From assembly GCA_001642005.1 (NCBI GenBank), contig LWCA01000103.1, positions 1-54,610 of the forward strand: a stretch of 54,610 bases of DNA, written 5' to 3'. This document shows positions 1 through 12,300 of the stretch, one piece after another; position 1 is the first letter of the stretch, and every line of letters starts with the position of its first letter. The notes under the pieces were generated by a model that did no database searches, was not told the DNA's origin, and saw nothing but the letters and a program-made list of their open reading frames with translations. Origin of the DNA: Intoshia linei. Taxonomy: Eukaryota; Animalia; Orthonectida. A program made the translations under genes and the position numbers.

Positions 1-478
1 AAAATATTTCGGAAAAAAAATATATGAATACTAAAATGCTTTTTTGACCGTGAACTCGTCACTTATTCGGATTGAAATTTCTGTGTGTGTTAACAGGATA
101 CAACTGTAAAACCTGTAAATTTTTTGAAATTCTAGGGCTGTTTTCATTAAAAAAAGAAGGGTAATTTGGGGTTTTGGCCCTGAAGATAACATTTTTGAAA
201 TTTAAATTTATGATAATGTTTATAATTTTAAAATCCGTATTAGCGTATATATTTTTTTAAATTTTCCAACTCGTTTGATTTTCAAAAAAAGGGATCAATT
301 TGGGTTTTTGACCCGTAAGATGTGAGTTTGGGAGGTTGAAATTTATCTCATTATACGTACCGGGAAAAACTGTAATTGAAATGTAGACTTTATAAAATTC
401 TAAGACGGGTAGGTATTTAAATAAAGCTGAACACACACACAAACAAAAATCGCGTAGCATATTATATAATTTTTTATA
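1..478 (-). repeat. Helitron-like family copy (5' portion)
   Basis: Clearly similar, same-orientation copy at ~48998-49454 and reverse-complement copy at ~32462-32930. Confidence 0.8.
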
Positions 479-1350
479 TAATATTGAGTATGGAAATATT
501 TTTACATTTTATCTTACAATTTAAAATTTTTGGATCGCGATATTTTATGTTCATGAGGGGTCGCGAGCACAAAAAGGTATATATATGTATGCACTGCTAT
601 ATATGTATCGCTCTAACAATACATCACCCAAATGAATGTTGGTGAACTGAATGTTTCCGAAGGTTCAAAATAAATCATATAAAAGTGGTAGGAAAATTGT
701 TTTGAATTTTCCTATTCTATAACTAATTAATTAAAAAATTACGAAGCAAAGTTTATGACTATTTAATAAATAAATGAAATAACTCATTAATATAATTAAC
801 ATAATAAAATAATATGTTTTTTTTAATCATATCCATATTTTCATCCTCACTAATCCCTCTGTGGAGTTGGAATCTTCCACTGAATAATGCTGCACAAATT
901 AAATTAAATTTTATGTTTTAATTTTAACCTTTTCACTGTCTAATACTATTTTATGATGCATCACCACACGTCTGGAATTTATGTTTTAATTATTTAATGT
1001 ATTATTTTTAAATCACCTATTTGAAAATATATGAAAATAAAAGAATACCGTTTTGCAAAATTATGCTGTGTATATCATAGAATACACAGACGTGTGAAGT
1101 GAAATTGCTGTGTATAGTATAGAATACACAGACAGTAAAAGGGTTAATAATTATTTTTGTTAATCTAGATTTGGGTCTACACAACAAAAACCAACAAAAC
1201 GCTCGTACGAGTGACATATAACGAAGTTTTAAATGAAAGGTATTTTTTACTAAACATGATATATATTTCATCAATCCGATGATGCATTAAATTAATGTAC
1301 TATCGTATATATACCCTTTCACTTTCAATATGATAACAAATTACAACTGA

Positions 1351-1491
1351 ATCGGTTCAACCAATGTGATAATTAGCACATGCTTTTAGCAATTATATTT
1401 GCTAAATTCAATGTGATATAAAATTTGTTAATAAAGTGTTACTCAATATCATCATTATGAATTTAGCTATTATCACATGGGTTGAACCGAT
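1351..1491. repeat. Short inverted-repeat (MITE-like) element
   Basis: ATCGGTTCAACCAATGTGATAATTAGC pairs with GCTATTATCACATGGGTTGAACCGAT. Confidence 0.7.
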
Positions 1492-3229
1492 TCGACCATT
1501 CAGACATTTAAATGGTATAGATAGGACTGAATCATAAATGTATTGCTTATTAGTAATGGTCAATTATCCTACAAAAAAATGAGAATAGAGTCTCTAAAAA
1601 TATTAAAAAATATTTTTTTAAAAAATGGAAAATTGGGTTTGTGACTCTGAAGGATGCAATTTCGGAAATGAAAGTTAGATATTAATATTACTTGCGAAAA
1701 ACTGTATTAAAATTCGATATGTTAAGTTCTGAGGTTGTTAATGTGTTAAATAAACGACAACACAGTCATACACAGACATTCGGTTTTTATATACATGTAT
1801 AATAAGTAAAAGATAACCCATACATCAATATCTATTTATATTATATAGTCTATTTTATCTTTGAACAATGTAAATTGATATTTTTAAATCTAATATAGAG
1901 TAAATCGGTCAAAATTGATATCTAGTGATAAATGTACAACAATTGAACTCAATAAAACGTTTGGAAAACTTTTCATTGCTAAATTAACAGAATCTTTTAC
2001 AAAAATGTTTGAACTTTGTACAAGTAATTATAATACATAAATGTAGTATAGTTTTATAATATATTAAAGGTCAAAATCTATTGTTTTCTTCAAGTTTTTA
2101 TATACACTTCTCAAATACTAAATGGTTAAATAACATTTCGTTGATTTTAAAGCATGTAAATTATGTATGCAGTTCCATGAAAACTATTGATGTCGTTATC
2201 AAAGGTATATTTTAACGTGAAAATGATGATAGTATTATTTAATTTGTTAGGAAATAGATACATGACACCAGTCATCACCTCACTAGCCCTTGTTATGATG
2301 GAAGCACAGTATAGGACTATTCAAGGATTTACTTATCTCATCGAAAAAGAAGTATTTATAGATTCAGTCAAATTTTAAAACTAACTTATTTTTTACATTT
2401 TATGTATCTATATTTTATTATATAAATATGATAGTTATATAATTTATATATTATAATAAATATTTGCTCTGTAAATTATAATTTTTTTATATTTAAATAT
2501 ATTTTTTAATTAGTGGCTGTTGGTAATGCACCCGTTTCGATCTAGTTACTATTCGAATCAAATTTCTAAAATTGTAATACATTGATACATCATTAAATTA
2601 AGATTATAGTATTGACTATATAATTATGTATAAAAATGTTAAAGTTATACCTCGTATAATCTCGCTTTGGGCACTTCCTATTATGTTAATTCATGGTATT
2701 TTTTGAAATGTATGTCAAATTAGCCTCGTTTTGGGACATTTTATATTTTTTCATTTAAGATTTTAGACTAAACTTTTACATAATTTTATGACTTCTAAGT
2801 TTCAAGGATATGTAATATTATTTATAATATCACCTAACATTGCACAATAATATTTATATAAGTAAAGGATGCTTTATATAATTAAGTTATTACAACACTT
2901 TTAAAGGTGTAGGTTGCACCGAAATTGTAAATAAAATTAATTTTTAAAAAAAATATTTTTTTTTAATTGAAGGACCGTTAATTATTTTAATTTTTTTTTA
3001 ATAAAATAGTTTTGAAATATAAAATATAAAATACTTAAGTGGTTTTTTGACCACAAATTTTCTAATTTCTTTTTTGAATATTCACTTAATAGAAATGTTT
3101 TAATGTTTAATATTATCATTTGAAACAGTTTTTATGTTAATATTATATGATGAACATTGTAGAATATATTTTAAATTGAATATTTACCAGAACTTTGATT
3201 CTTTAAACTATTTTCTTTCTAGCTATTTG

Positions 3230-3407
3230 AATTCCCACACTTCAAAACTTATAAACTGTTTCTTAAGATATAAATGTGAAGTATTTTTTAATAAATGAGG
3301 CCTCTTTTTAATATATAAGTGTGAAGTACTTTTATTAGTTTAGGGCCTTTTTTAATGAGTGGCCATTGGCTACAGCCCATATTGCCCATGCCTTAAAACG
3401 GCTCTGA
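3230..3407 (-). repeat. MITE-end repeat with a second copy at ~29218-29400
   Basis: CAGAGCCGTTTTAAGGCATGGG.AATATGGG.TGTAGCC...GGCCACTCATT is present in both, in inverted orientation. Confidence 0.7.
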
Positions 3408-4586
3408 TCATGAAGACAATACATTTCACTTTCAAAAAATTATATCTTCATGATCAAAACCCCAAATTCCCCATCTTAACGTAATAAAATTCTTTTTTGT
3501 GTGTCTGTCTGTGTGTGTATTATCTTTATTTTATAAAATTTTAAAAAAATATTATTCCCAGAATTTACAAAAAAAAACACATTTCACATTTTTCCATTTA
3601 AAATAAATAACATGTTAAGTTAAAAGTTAAGCTTTCATGTTCAAAAACGCAATTTACTATATAAACCTTTTTTTAGTGAAATTATTTCATTAACAAAAAA
3701 AATTTGATATAATTAATGATCCTAAAATTGAGATTATGTCATTAAACGTTTGGGACCAACTCCTTTAAAGGATTGGTAATAGTTTATCATTTTTAGTATC
3801 ATTTTTATGCAGGATTTAATTTTTTTGATATAATTAAAATGTTAGCCTTAAATAGAGCTAGGTGCTGTTTGTACGATGTACAAAACAGTTAATCTAGTTA
3901 CTTTATACAACTAACGATATTTACAGCAATTAATAATTCATTTAATAAAAATGCAGTTTTATCATACTTCGATTTACGAAATTTTCAAAATAAGGTACCC
4001 CAAAACGAGGTTATACTGTATAAATAATAACTAATGAAAAATGCTACTGCGTTTGTTTGCTACACGTTTTTGTCAAAAAGTAAAAATCGAGAAGCTTATA
4101 AAAAGAGATTTGTATGAAAGGTTTTCTTATCAATATTTTTATTCAAACATGATTCTCTCAATTTAAATAAATTGCCTCGGAGAGCCAACAGTCAAATTGA
4201 ATATATATGGCTTTAAAAATTTTTGGATCCTCTATCGATTGTTTAATCCTGTGGTTGTCAAATTTTTTTGTTTTAGTATTTCCCTATATCTCGACTAAAA
4301 AAATTTTCCCACCAAACAAAAAATTTTTCTGATATCACCTATCGATTTAAAATATTAGAATATGACCCATAGACCTATGCACGACCCGTTAAATGTAATA
4401 TATAATTACTTAGTCGCGTTTTCAAGATAAAACAAATACAGTACATGGTACTATATGTCATAATAAAAAAATGAAATAACTTAACTATATTTTCATTTTT
4501 AGAAACCTATATTCCTTGTATTTATCGATTGTCTTCATCAATTAATAAACCAGTACTCATCAAAATTTGAATATAACGTATATTTT

Positions 4587-5975
4587 TTGATTATGATTTG
4601 GGATTCTATATCTAGTGGATTACACATTGAATACAACTGTGACAGTTTCGAAGATTTGACAAAACAAATAAATAATTTAAATATGCTAAATGAAAACCAA
4701 GCAGAGAGTCTACGCAGAAGAGCACATGAATTGAACATAAAAAGTGAAAAATATATAACCTATCCAAAATTATTCAGTCTAACAGAACGATTTTCTCCAA
4801 AGCAGATACTGTTGTTTAAAAATCCATTGTACATATTAACATTGTACGAAACTGAACTCAGCCTCGTAAATAAAAGTAGAAATAATTCAAACCTTAGTTT
4901 AGGATCTAAACAACAAGTGAAGAAACCCATCAAAGATTCGTGGATTAAACAAAATTCCTCTCAAAGTAGTTATGAATCCAAATCAACAAGTTCAGTTTCG
5001 CAAAACTATAGCGAAAATAAAAGTTTACATCAAAATACATCCGGAAATGAGAGTGGAGATGAAACCATATTTTTAAATAAAACTAAAAATAAACAAGCCA
5101 ATAAATTATATATTGCATCAGAAGACTACGGAGAAAAATTGAAGAATAATAATACATTGGAAGATTTTAAAAAACGTTTTCTACACAAAACTGATTTATT
5201 TAAATTACTACACATGGAAAAATTTTCAACCTACGGAAAAAGAATACAGGATGCATTTTTTAAATACGGAATTGTACGAAAAAGCGACTATGAAAATTTT
5301 TATCTACAACCAAATCGTATATATGATGGGAAAAATACTTTTTATTTATTAGCTAATGCCAATATCCCCTATTTAAAGTTTTTTTATATTTACTTTTTAC
5401 GATGGAATCCTAAGTTGCGTATACAATATTTTGAAAATGGTTTATTGTATCAGGAAATGTGTATATTATCCAATTCAATCAATGAACTTCTGAATATATT
5501 GGTAAAGAATAAATTCAAAATTTATGACCAACAAGTTCAATTGCCGAAATATAATCGAGATTTTGTCCGAAAATATTACAAAAATCAAATTACTCCAGAA
5601 ATTGAAGATAATGAACCATCATGTGGTTTGTCTAATGGGTTTCAAATTTCTCAATGCTTTTCACCAGATTTTAATAAAATACTAGATTGGAAGTGTCTTA
5701 CTGGCTTTCCCATTAAAACCACCTCAGCTTTTCCATTTTTATGTCCAATGGAGCGAGATATTCATAGTACTATAACGGCTGTAAAGTATAATGCACCAAC
5801 ATTCATAAAACAGGAACATAATCCCTATTCTGGACATGTTAGGAGCCTGTCTAATATCAACAAAAAACAATACATTTTAAAATCATGTGTTATCCAAGAA
5901 AATCTTCCAAACGAATTTCCTCAAAACAGTTCTAATCTTAATAAACTTGAAAATAAACAAAATTATGATTTGTAA
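4587..5975 (+). CDS. Hypothetical protein (462-aa ORF; probably the terminal exon of a spliced gene)
   Basis: A long ORF in very AT-rich DNA is unlikely by chance; Ser/Asn-rich central linker; possible acceptor near 4503; no recognisable domain. Confidence 0.6.
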   Translation: MIMIWDSISSGLHIEYNCDSFEDLTKQINNLNMLNENQAESLRRRAHELNIKSEKYITYPKLFSLTERFSPKQILLFKNPLYILTLYETELSLVNKSRNNSNLSLGSKQQVKKPIKDSWIKQNSSQSSYESKSTSSVSQNYSENKSLHQNTSGNESGDETIFLNKTKNKQANKLYIASEDYGEKLKNNNTLEDFKKRFLHKTDLFKLLHMEKFSTYGKRIQDAFFKYGIVRKSDYENFYLQPNRIYDGKNTFYLLANANIPYLKFFYIYFLRWNPKLRIQYFENGLLYQEMCILSNSINELLNILVKNKFKIYDQQVQLPKYNRDFVRKYYKNQITPEIEDNEPSCGLSNGFQISQCFSPDFNKILDWKCLTGFPIKTTSAFPFLCPMERDIHSTITAVKYNAPTFIKQEHNPYSGHVRSLSNINKKQYILKSCVIQENLPNEFPQNSSNLNKLENKQNYDL

Positions 5976-6386
5976 ATTTCTTATTTGTCAGTAAAATTAT
6001 ATATTTTGTACACATTAAAGTTACACCTAGTCAATAATCAGTGATTATAATCATCACGAGTTGTTATTGTTTCGTCAAAATATCTAAAAATAAAAACCGG
6101 GTTTTTTCATGGTTAAATTTCCATGATAAATATATTTTTACCAAAATTCAAAATCACAAATCTCTAATTCAGTTTAAATTTAATTTAAGGTGAAATGACC
6201 GTTGTGTGATGAACAATTTTGGGAACCACTCCTTTAAAGAATTTTAAAGAGTGAATAATATCGTTGGTAAGTAAGATTTTATTATTGAATTTTTTTCTAG
6301 AATTAACAAAATCCACTCTCGACAGAGCTAGGTACTGGTTTGTACGAAATACATAACTTTCAAGCTAGTAAAATATATTTTATTAG

Positions 6387-9300
6387 TTAAAATTTAATTA
6401 TTTGTATAACATCATCATTTGTGCATATTTTTATGTCCGATTGACGAATTATACTACGACGTCGAAGTGCATCATCATAGAATGAAACTTTTCGTTCTGA
6501 ATTTGCTATTGATAGCTCATTATCATTGTTTTTTTTTGAATTTGATTTTGAATCATCTTTGACGGGTGGCTTATATGATGATCTCAAAGTTAAGCCATAC
6601 ATGTATATCTTGAATATGAGCATGCATATAAAGTCCATTATTTCAAAGAGTGATAAAACTGAAAGACCTGTAAACAGTCCTGCATAACCACCCATTTCAC
6701 CTAAAATGTATTTATAAAGATTTTGAATTAAGCCACTAGCTTTATTAACTTAAATCTAATCAAAATTACTAAATCACGAAAATCTTAGAAAAATAGCAAG
6801 TTTACCAAATTTAAAAAAATACACACTGATGAGTTTGCAACTATTTGAGTTATCCCAAACTTATACATAATTTTATGTGTTATGCTACATACATAACTTA
6901 TTTATCAAGTAAAAGTTGATTAAAATGTGTCTGTGTGTAACCATTTATTGAGATGGCTGATAGTCCGAAAGATGAGACCTTTACGGTCAAAACCTAAATT
7001 ACCCCTAATATTTATATTTAAAAAAAAACACAAATTCTCAGACATTTTTTTAAATCATTACATTACCATAAATTTTTGAAAACTAAATTATAAAATCTTA
7101 CTTAAAAATACATCTATTCCATATCCAGGTGATTGCACAACCGTTTGCTTTCTGAATTGTTTAAAGTAAATGTCAATTTTCATAAAATTTCGACTAAATA
7201 AATAATTATATTATTTAAAATATTTTGTGGAGACCGTGAGATTCAAATAAAATTTAAAAATAATTTTATCAATTTTTGTTTAATTTTATTGGAGAATTTT
7301 TAATAATTATTACAGTTTCCAGATGTTTGAAATTTACCCGAAACCTAGAAGACTGCTACATTATTATTTAAAAAATCCTACTTTTATCCCACCTTTAATA
7401 AAATTTAATAAAAACTACCATTTCAAACCCTCAGGTAAAAATTGATTTTGCCTAATTTAATCATACCCAACATAAAAATCCAATTTTACCAACCATTAAG
7501 CAAAAAATCTGATTTTTGACAAAAATTTTATAAGAAACCTAAAAAAAATTTAATTTACTTTAATGGAAAAATCCCCTTTTTCCAATATTTTTTTCAAAAT
7601 ATGATTTTATCAATGTTTAAGAAAATATCGTCTGTTTCCAATATTTTTTAAAAAAATATAATTTTACCAACAATTAATGAAAAAATCTCAATTTTTCCAA
7701 TATTTTAATATTTATAATATCTTATGAGAAAAACCTTTAATTTTTTCATAAACATTTTATATTTCATGTTCCCATTGGGATACAAAAATATTTTGAAATA
7801 AGGGTTCGTACACTATTTGGATCGGAAATCACTGCTCTAGAGAATAGACGTCACCGAACCTACCAATTTTGAAACTCCAAAAAATCAAAAATAGATCCCA
7901 AACAAAATTTTTGCAAATGATGGGTTATGGTATATACTAGAGTTCTGCATCGGATCGTGTTGAGGTGATACATGTACGTGTATGTAACAACCAAAGGAAA
8001 AATTTTAGTCCGAAACACGATACAAACACGAAATATGAAAAATCCTTCAACACGATTAAAATTTAATCAAAAATTAATTAAATTAAAGATTAGTTAGTTG
8101 AAAAACTTTAAACACGAAATATAAAAAAATTTCAACACGATCCGAAGTTCGTGTTCGTGACCAATTTTTTGAGGGTCAGGAGTCCTGACTCAGCACTTAA
8201 ATCCTAAATTTGATACACTTATAAATTTTTATAATGCGGAATTTGGAAAAATCAGCATCTAATTTACAAAAATTTCTCGTCTCTCGTTACAGTAGATTCG
8301 ACTCTGCTCGGATAAGCACATTCTTTTCGAATAGCGTTTAATAATAATAATAATAAACTAATATAACGTAATCAGGGTTGTGTAGAGGAGTTGGGGCATA
8401 TTTCCAGGTTTACAATCATGGGCCTACTTAAATTTATTAATAGGTAATGATTAAAAATTTATTAAGTATACCAAAATTATCGTAAAATAAAATGATCTAT
8501 TAACAGTCGTATTGATTATTTTTAATTTTTAGATAATGAACAATCGATAAAGCAATGTTTAGAGGTCGCATGTTTTAAAAAAATTTGTTAGGGGCCTACT
8601 CCTGGCTCTCCACGACCCTGAACGTAACTTGCAAGCCTGATAACTCGATATAAAAAATTTGTATTTTTCAAACTAAAGGGTGTAAATAATATCGAAATAG
8701 ACTAAACAATAACAAGTTTATCATGATCTGGATACAATCTTATGATGCATCGTAAGTTTAGATTCGCATAATACCATATTACATTTTTGCACAAGATTTT
8801 CGAAAAAATCGACACACTAATGTGCAGTTTCTGTATTAAATTCACAATGTAAATATTAATAGGAAATGTCAATAATAAATAGAACTTACGATATAAAATT
8901 GGCATCGAGAGCAATTTTTTTGAAGTAATCATTATACGAGAAACCAATTTTAACAAATCTAGAGGTAATAATTTCTTCAACAGAACTAAGTTCATTAGAA
9001 AAACTATTGAGAAGAAGGTTGATTTTATCGGTATAAAGAGTCAGAGATTCCAAAATGATATATTGTGCATTCTCTAGAAAGTCATCTAGCGGTGTTTCTC
9101 TCAACCAAATGGACCACAATGGAACTTCCTCGTCAACATTATACTTGGTAGTGTCTTCTAAACTAGGAGAAATTTTGTTCCAAATCATGAGCTCTGTTAT
9201 ATCCGAATAAAAATACCCTGAACCATGATACTTTTCCAATTCACTTAAATTTTCCAACGCATTCATGTACCCTTCAGAAATGACGTGAATTATATCATTA

Positions 9301-12300
9301 ATGGAATTGATAAATTTATAAATTGTTGTAACCATAGATAATTTCAGATCTTTGACAGAATTATACCCATTTTCTGCATAATTATCGGTTATAAAATGTG
9401 TCATTATATCTACTTTGTTGTAATAAGAATGTGAATATCCCTGTATTTTATCCAATAAAATTCTGTACGCAGAAAATAAATCTTCTTTAACATTTTTAAC
9501 AGACATAGACGGTTTAGCATTTTTTATGGCATATTCTACATTTTTAAAATTATTTTCTTGGTCCATTTTAATGGAATTGAGTTTATTGATGTATTCGTAT
9601 AGACAAGAATCTACCTTTGGATATAATGTATAATACATACTGCTCAGTATAAAATAATCCATATAGTTTTTCTTGTTTGTAACTTTTGATAGGTTGATTA
9701 GTGTAGTTGAAATTGTACCAAACAAATTTGTATGATTTCTCATGACCATTTTGCAATCCTCCATAATGAAGAATTTTAGTGGTAGGTATTTTAAAATGTT
9801 ACGATTTTCATATTTTAAATCTATCTTTAATTTTACATTATTTTTTTCTAAAAACACCTCAGAGTTGTATTCATCCATCAAGTTTTTACCTATCGAAATT
9901 TTTGCTAGGATTTCTTCGATTAGCACAGGTAAAACTTTATCTTTTTTCAAGTTGGTGTTTATAATATTTTTAGATATTAAATCTATCTTTTTCAGATAAT
10001 CCCAAATTTCATCACGATACAGTTTGATAACATGCAATCTATCTGCATACATTTTTTGAAAAGTGTATATTGATTTATCCACGTCTAAATTGATGTATTC
10101 GACATCGTTTTTGTAAATATTCATTAAAGTAATCATGTTGAGCCATAATTGATACACTTCAGATGATTTTGCGTCTTCTCCGCCCATTTGACGCACTAAA
10201 CCAATGAATCGTTCAAACCTGTTTTTCATGTCTGTCATGAGAAGTAGTAAATCAGCAAACGTATCACCTTTTATTCTATCTGATGTGTCGATTGCCTTAT
10301 TGTATTTGGCTCTTAATTCATCTTTTCCGTCTTGTAATATTGTATTCACGCTATTTTCAGACAACGCGGCGTACGATAGACTTGTCTCATAACTTATCTG
10401 CTTGCACGGTTTCGGGCATATACATGTTGTATTTTTCGATTTTTTCGAAAAAGGTAAGATACAATCGTAAACTTGTCTCAGATTACAAGTATCCACTCGA
10501 TAAGTTTCATTAATGTTTGGCGGCATGTAAGCATCTCTGCATTTACATTCCTTGACTAAATTTATAGTTTCACAGTCCCTCGTACAACCGGATAAACTGT
10601 AATAATCGTAGTGAGTAAGATTTTTTGTGCCACACGTGTCCCACGGTTCCGGCAAATTGGAATTTTCATGCATTAAAACCCCTGACAATGCATGTGTGCC
10701 TGGTGAGATTGCAAACCCTAAATCTCTAATTCTAGGAATTTCATCTGAACCATGCAAAATAAGTTTGACACCTGCATCAGAATTCAAACCTCTCATATAT
10801 TCGTATTGTTCAATATTCAGTGTCAAACTAAGACCAAATTGAACTCCTGATTCAGCTGTTTTATTGTTTTCCAGTATAAACGTGTAGCATCGACCATAAT
10901 CGGTTTGTATCGGCAAAAAATTTGAAAAATTACATGGCATTCCTTGCCACGTACACCCGAAAACCATATCCTTCAATTGATGCGACGTTTTATTATATAT
11001 TTCTTGCAAGGGCATAAAATGAATTTGTTCAGAATATTTCCATTTTGGTATAGGTACATTCTCCATCTTTAAATCCTGATCAACGACAATTGATTTTTCT
11101 GCATACAGAGTACTGTTTTTACAGTTTGCATATATTTCATCGTCGAAATAAGCACAATTACTAATTTTATCGCACATAAATTCTACTGGTATACAAGACA
11201 TGGTTCCAGAACAAGCCACGTTATCATATGCGCATTTTTGAGGTTTACATTTACCGGGATTCAGATTTAAATCATCTATGGACGCACTGAATCCTTCTCC
11301 GTATAAACTTATGGAAAGTTTATATTTCCCTTGTGGAACTGTAAACTGGCCTTTTAGCCAATAATCAGTGTGAATTGCACGTATCTCCCATTGTGTGATT
11401 GAATTGTTATAGTAAAATTCCATTCCTAATTTGTTTTTCAAGTCATAAATGTTATAAATTTCATCCTTTGTCAAATTTGTTGTATTTGCGTTTGAATAAT
11501 TACTGTACATATAAAGGGTATCATTAAAATTTTCTTTTATTGTGTTCTTTTTATTAGTATACAAATTAAATCTTAAATAGGCATATGTATTTGGAGTTAT
11601 GCGTTTCATGTTGTAGTAGAATGTCAAGCATTTAGGCGTGTCAATTTCTACAAATTTATTGGTTGTTATTTCCAAATCGTACTTTTTGTTTTTATCCAAC
11701 ATGGTTGATATGTAATATCCTCCTAAATTATTTTTTATATAGGTATACTTATATTTAAGTTCACTGTTATTCCGCATCCTGGTCATGACGGGGAGAACGA
11801 ACAAGGCGTTGCGAAATTTTAGGAAATGAAAATTTTAAGACCTACAAAAATTCGTCCCTCTATTATCTCATTCATCCAAAATAAGCATTTCAAAAATTAT
11901 ATTTTTGAGTATTATAAATATGGTGTGTGTCTACTGTAGTAATAAAAAATTTGGCAGAGACAAGTGGTCCCTCTTATGAATCACTAGATTATGTGTAAAT
12001 GTTTATACGTGTAGCAAAAATACTTTGTAAAATAAAATTACTTGGATTACTATTATCGGATTGTGGACTTTTAATACGCAGCCAAGAATTTGTGGAATTG
12101 ATAAATCCAAAATTGCACAAAAATTCATTGTTAAAATTACAGTTGAAACTCTTGAATTTTTCTTGAACTAAATAAGTTTATTTACAGTTACTTAATTTAA
12201 AAACATAAGGAATGACTGGAACCTGGTCTAATCCTTATTTTATTGCAATAAATGATCCAACACTCACAATAAAATAATGATTTGATATGTATTTGATATT

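Noticed and set aside
257-460. 67-aa ORF, and similar ORFs at 13914-14102 and 32116-32319
   Set aside because: They lie inside the Helitron-like repeat copies; chance ORFs.
790-2400. Exon-like GT-AG segments on both strands and a two-copy ~41-bp tandem repeat at ~1064-1135
   Set aside because: Could be parts of genes, but no coherent model or recognisable protein could be built.
9742-10842. Several plus-strand ORFs (61-85 aa) in the ORF track
   Set aside because: Antisense shadows of the large minus-strand channel exon; no independent coding signal.
11723-11804. N-terminus (MFVLPVMTRMR...) of the 972-aa ORF as a true start
   Set aside because: The MAM4 domain begins in upstream exon 12042-12150 and splices in phase at 11722, so this stretch is most likely intronic read-through.
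11935-11985. Possible mini-exon MIHKRDHLSLP resembling the MAM DH motif
   Set aside because: No phase-compatible donor; direct splicing 12042 to 11722 already yields PQSDNSNPRGYY.
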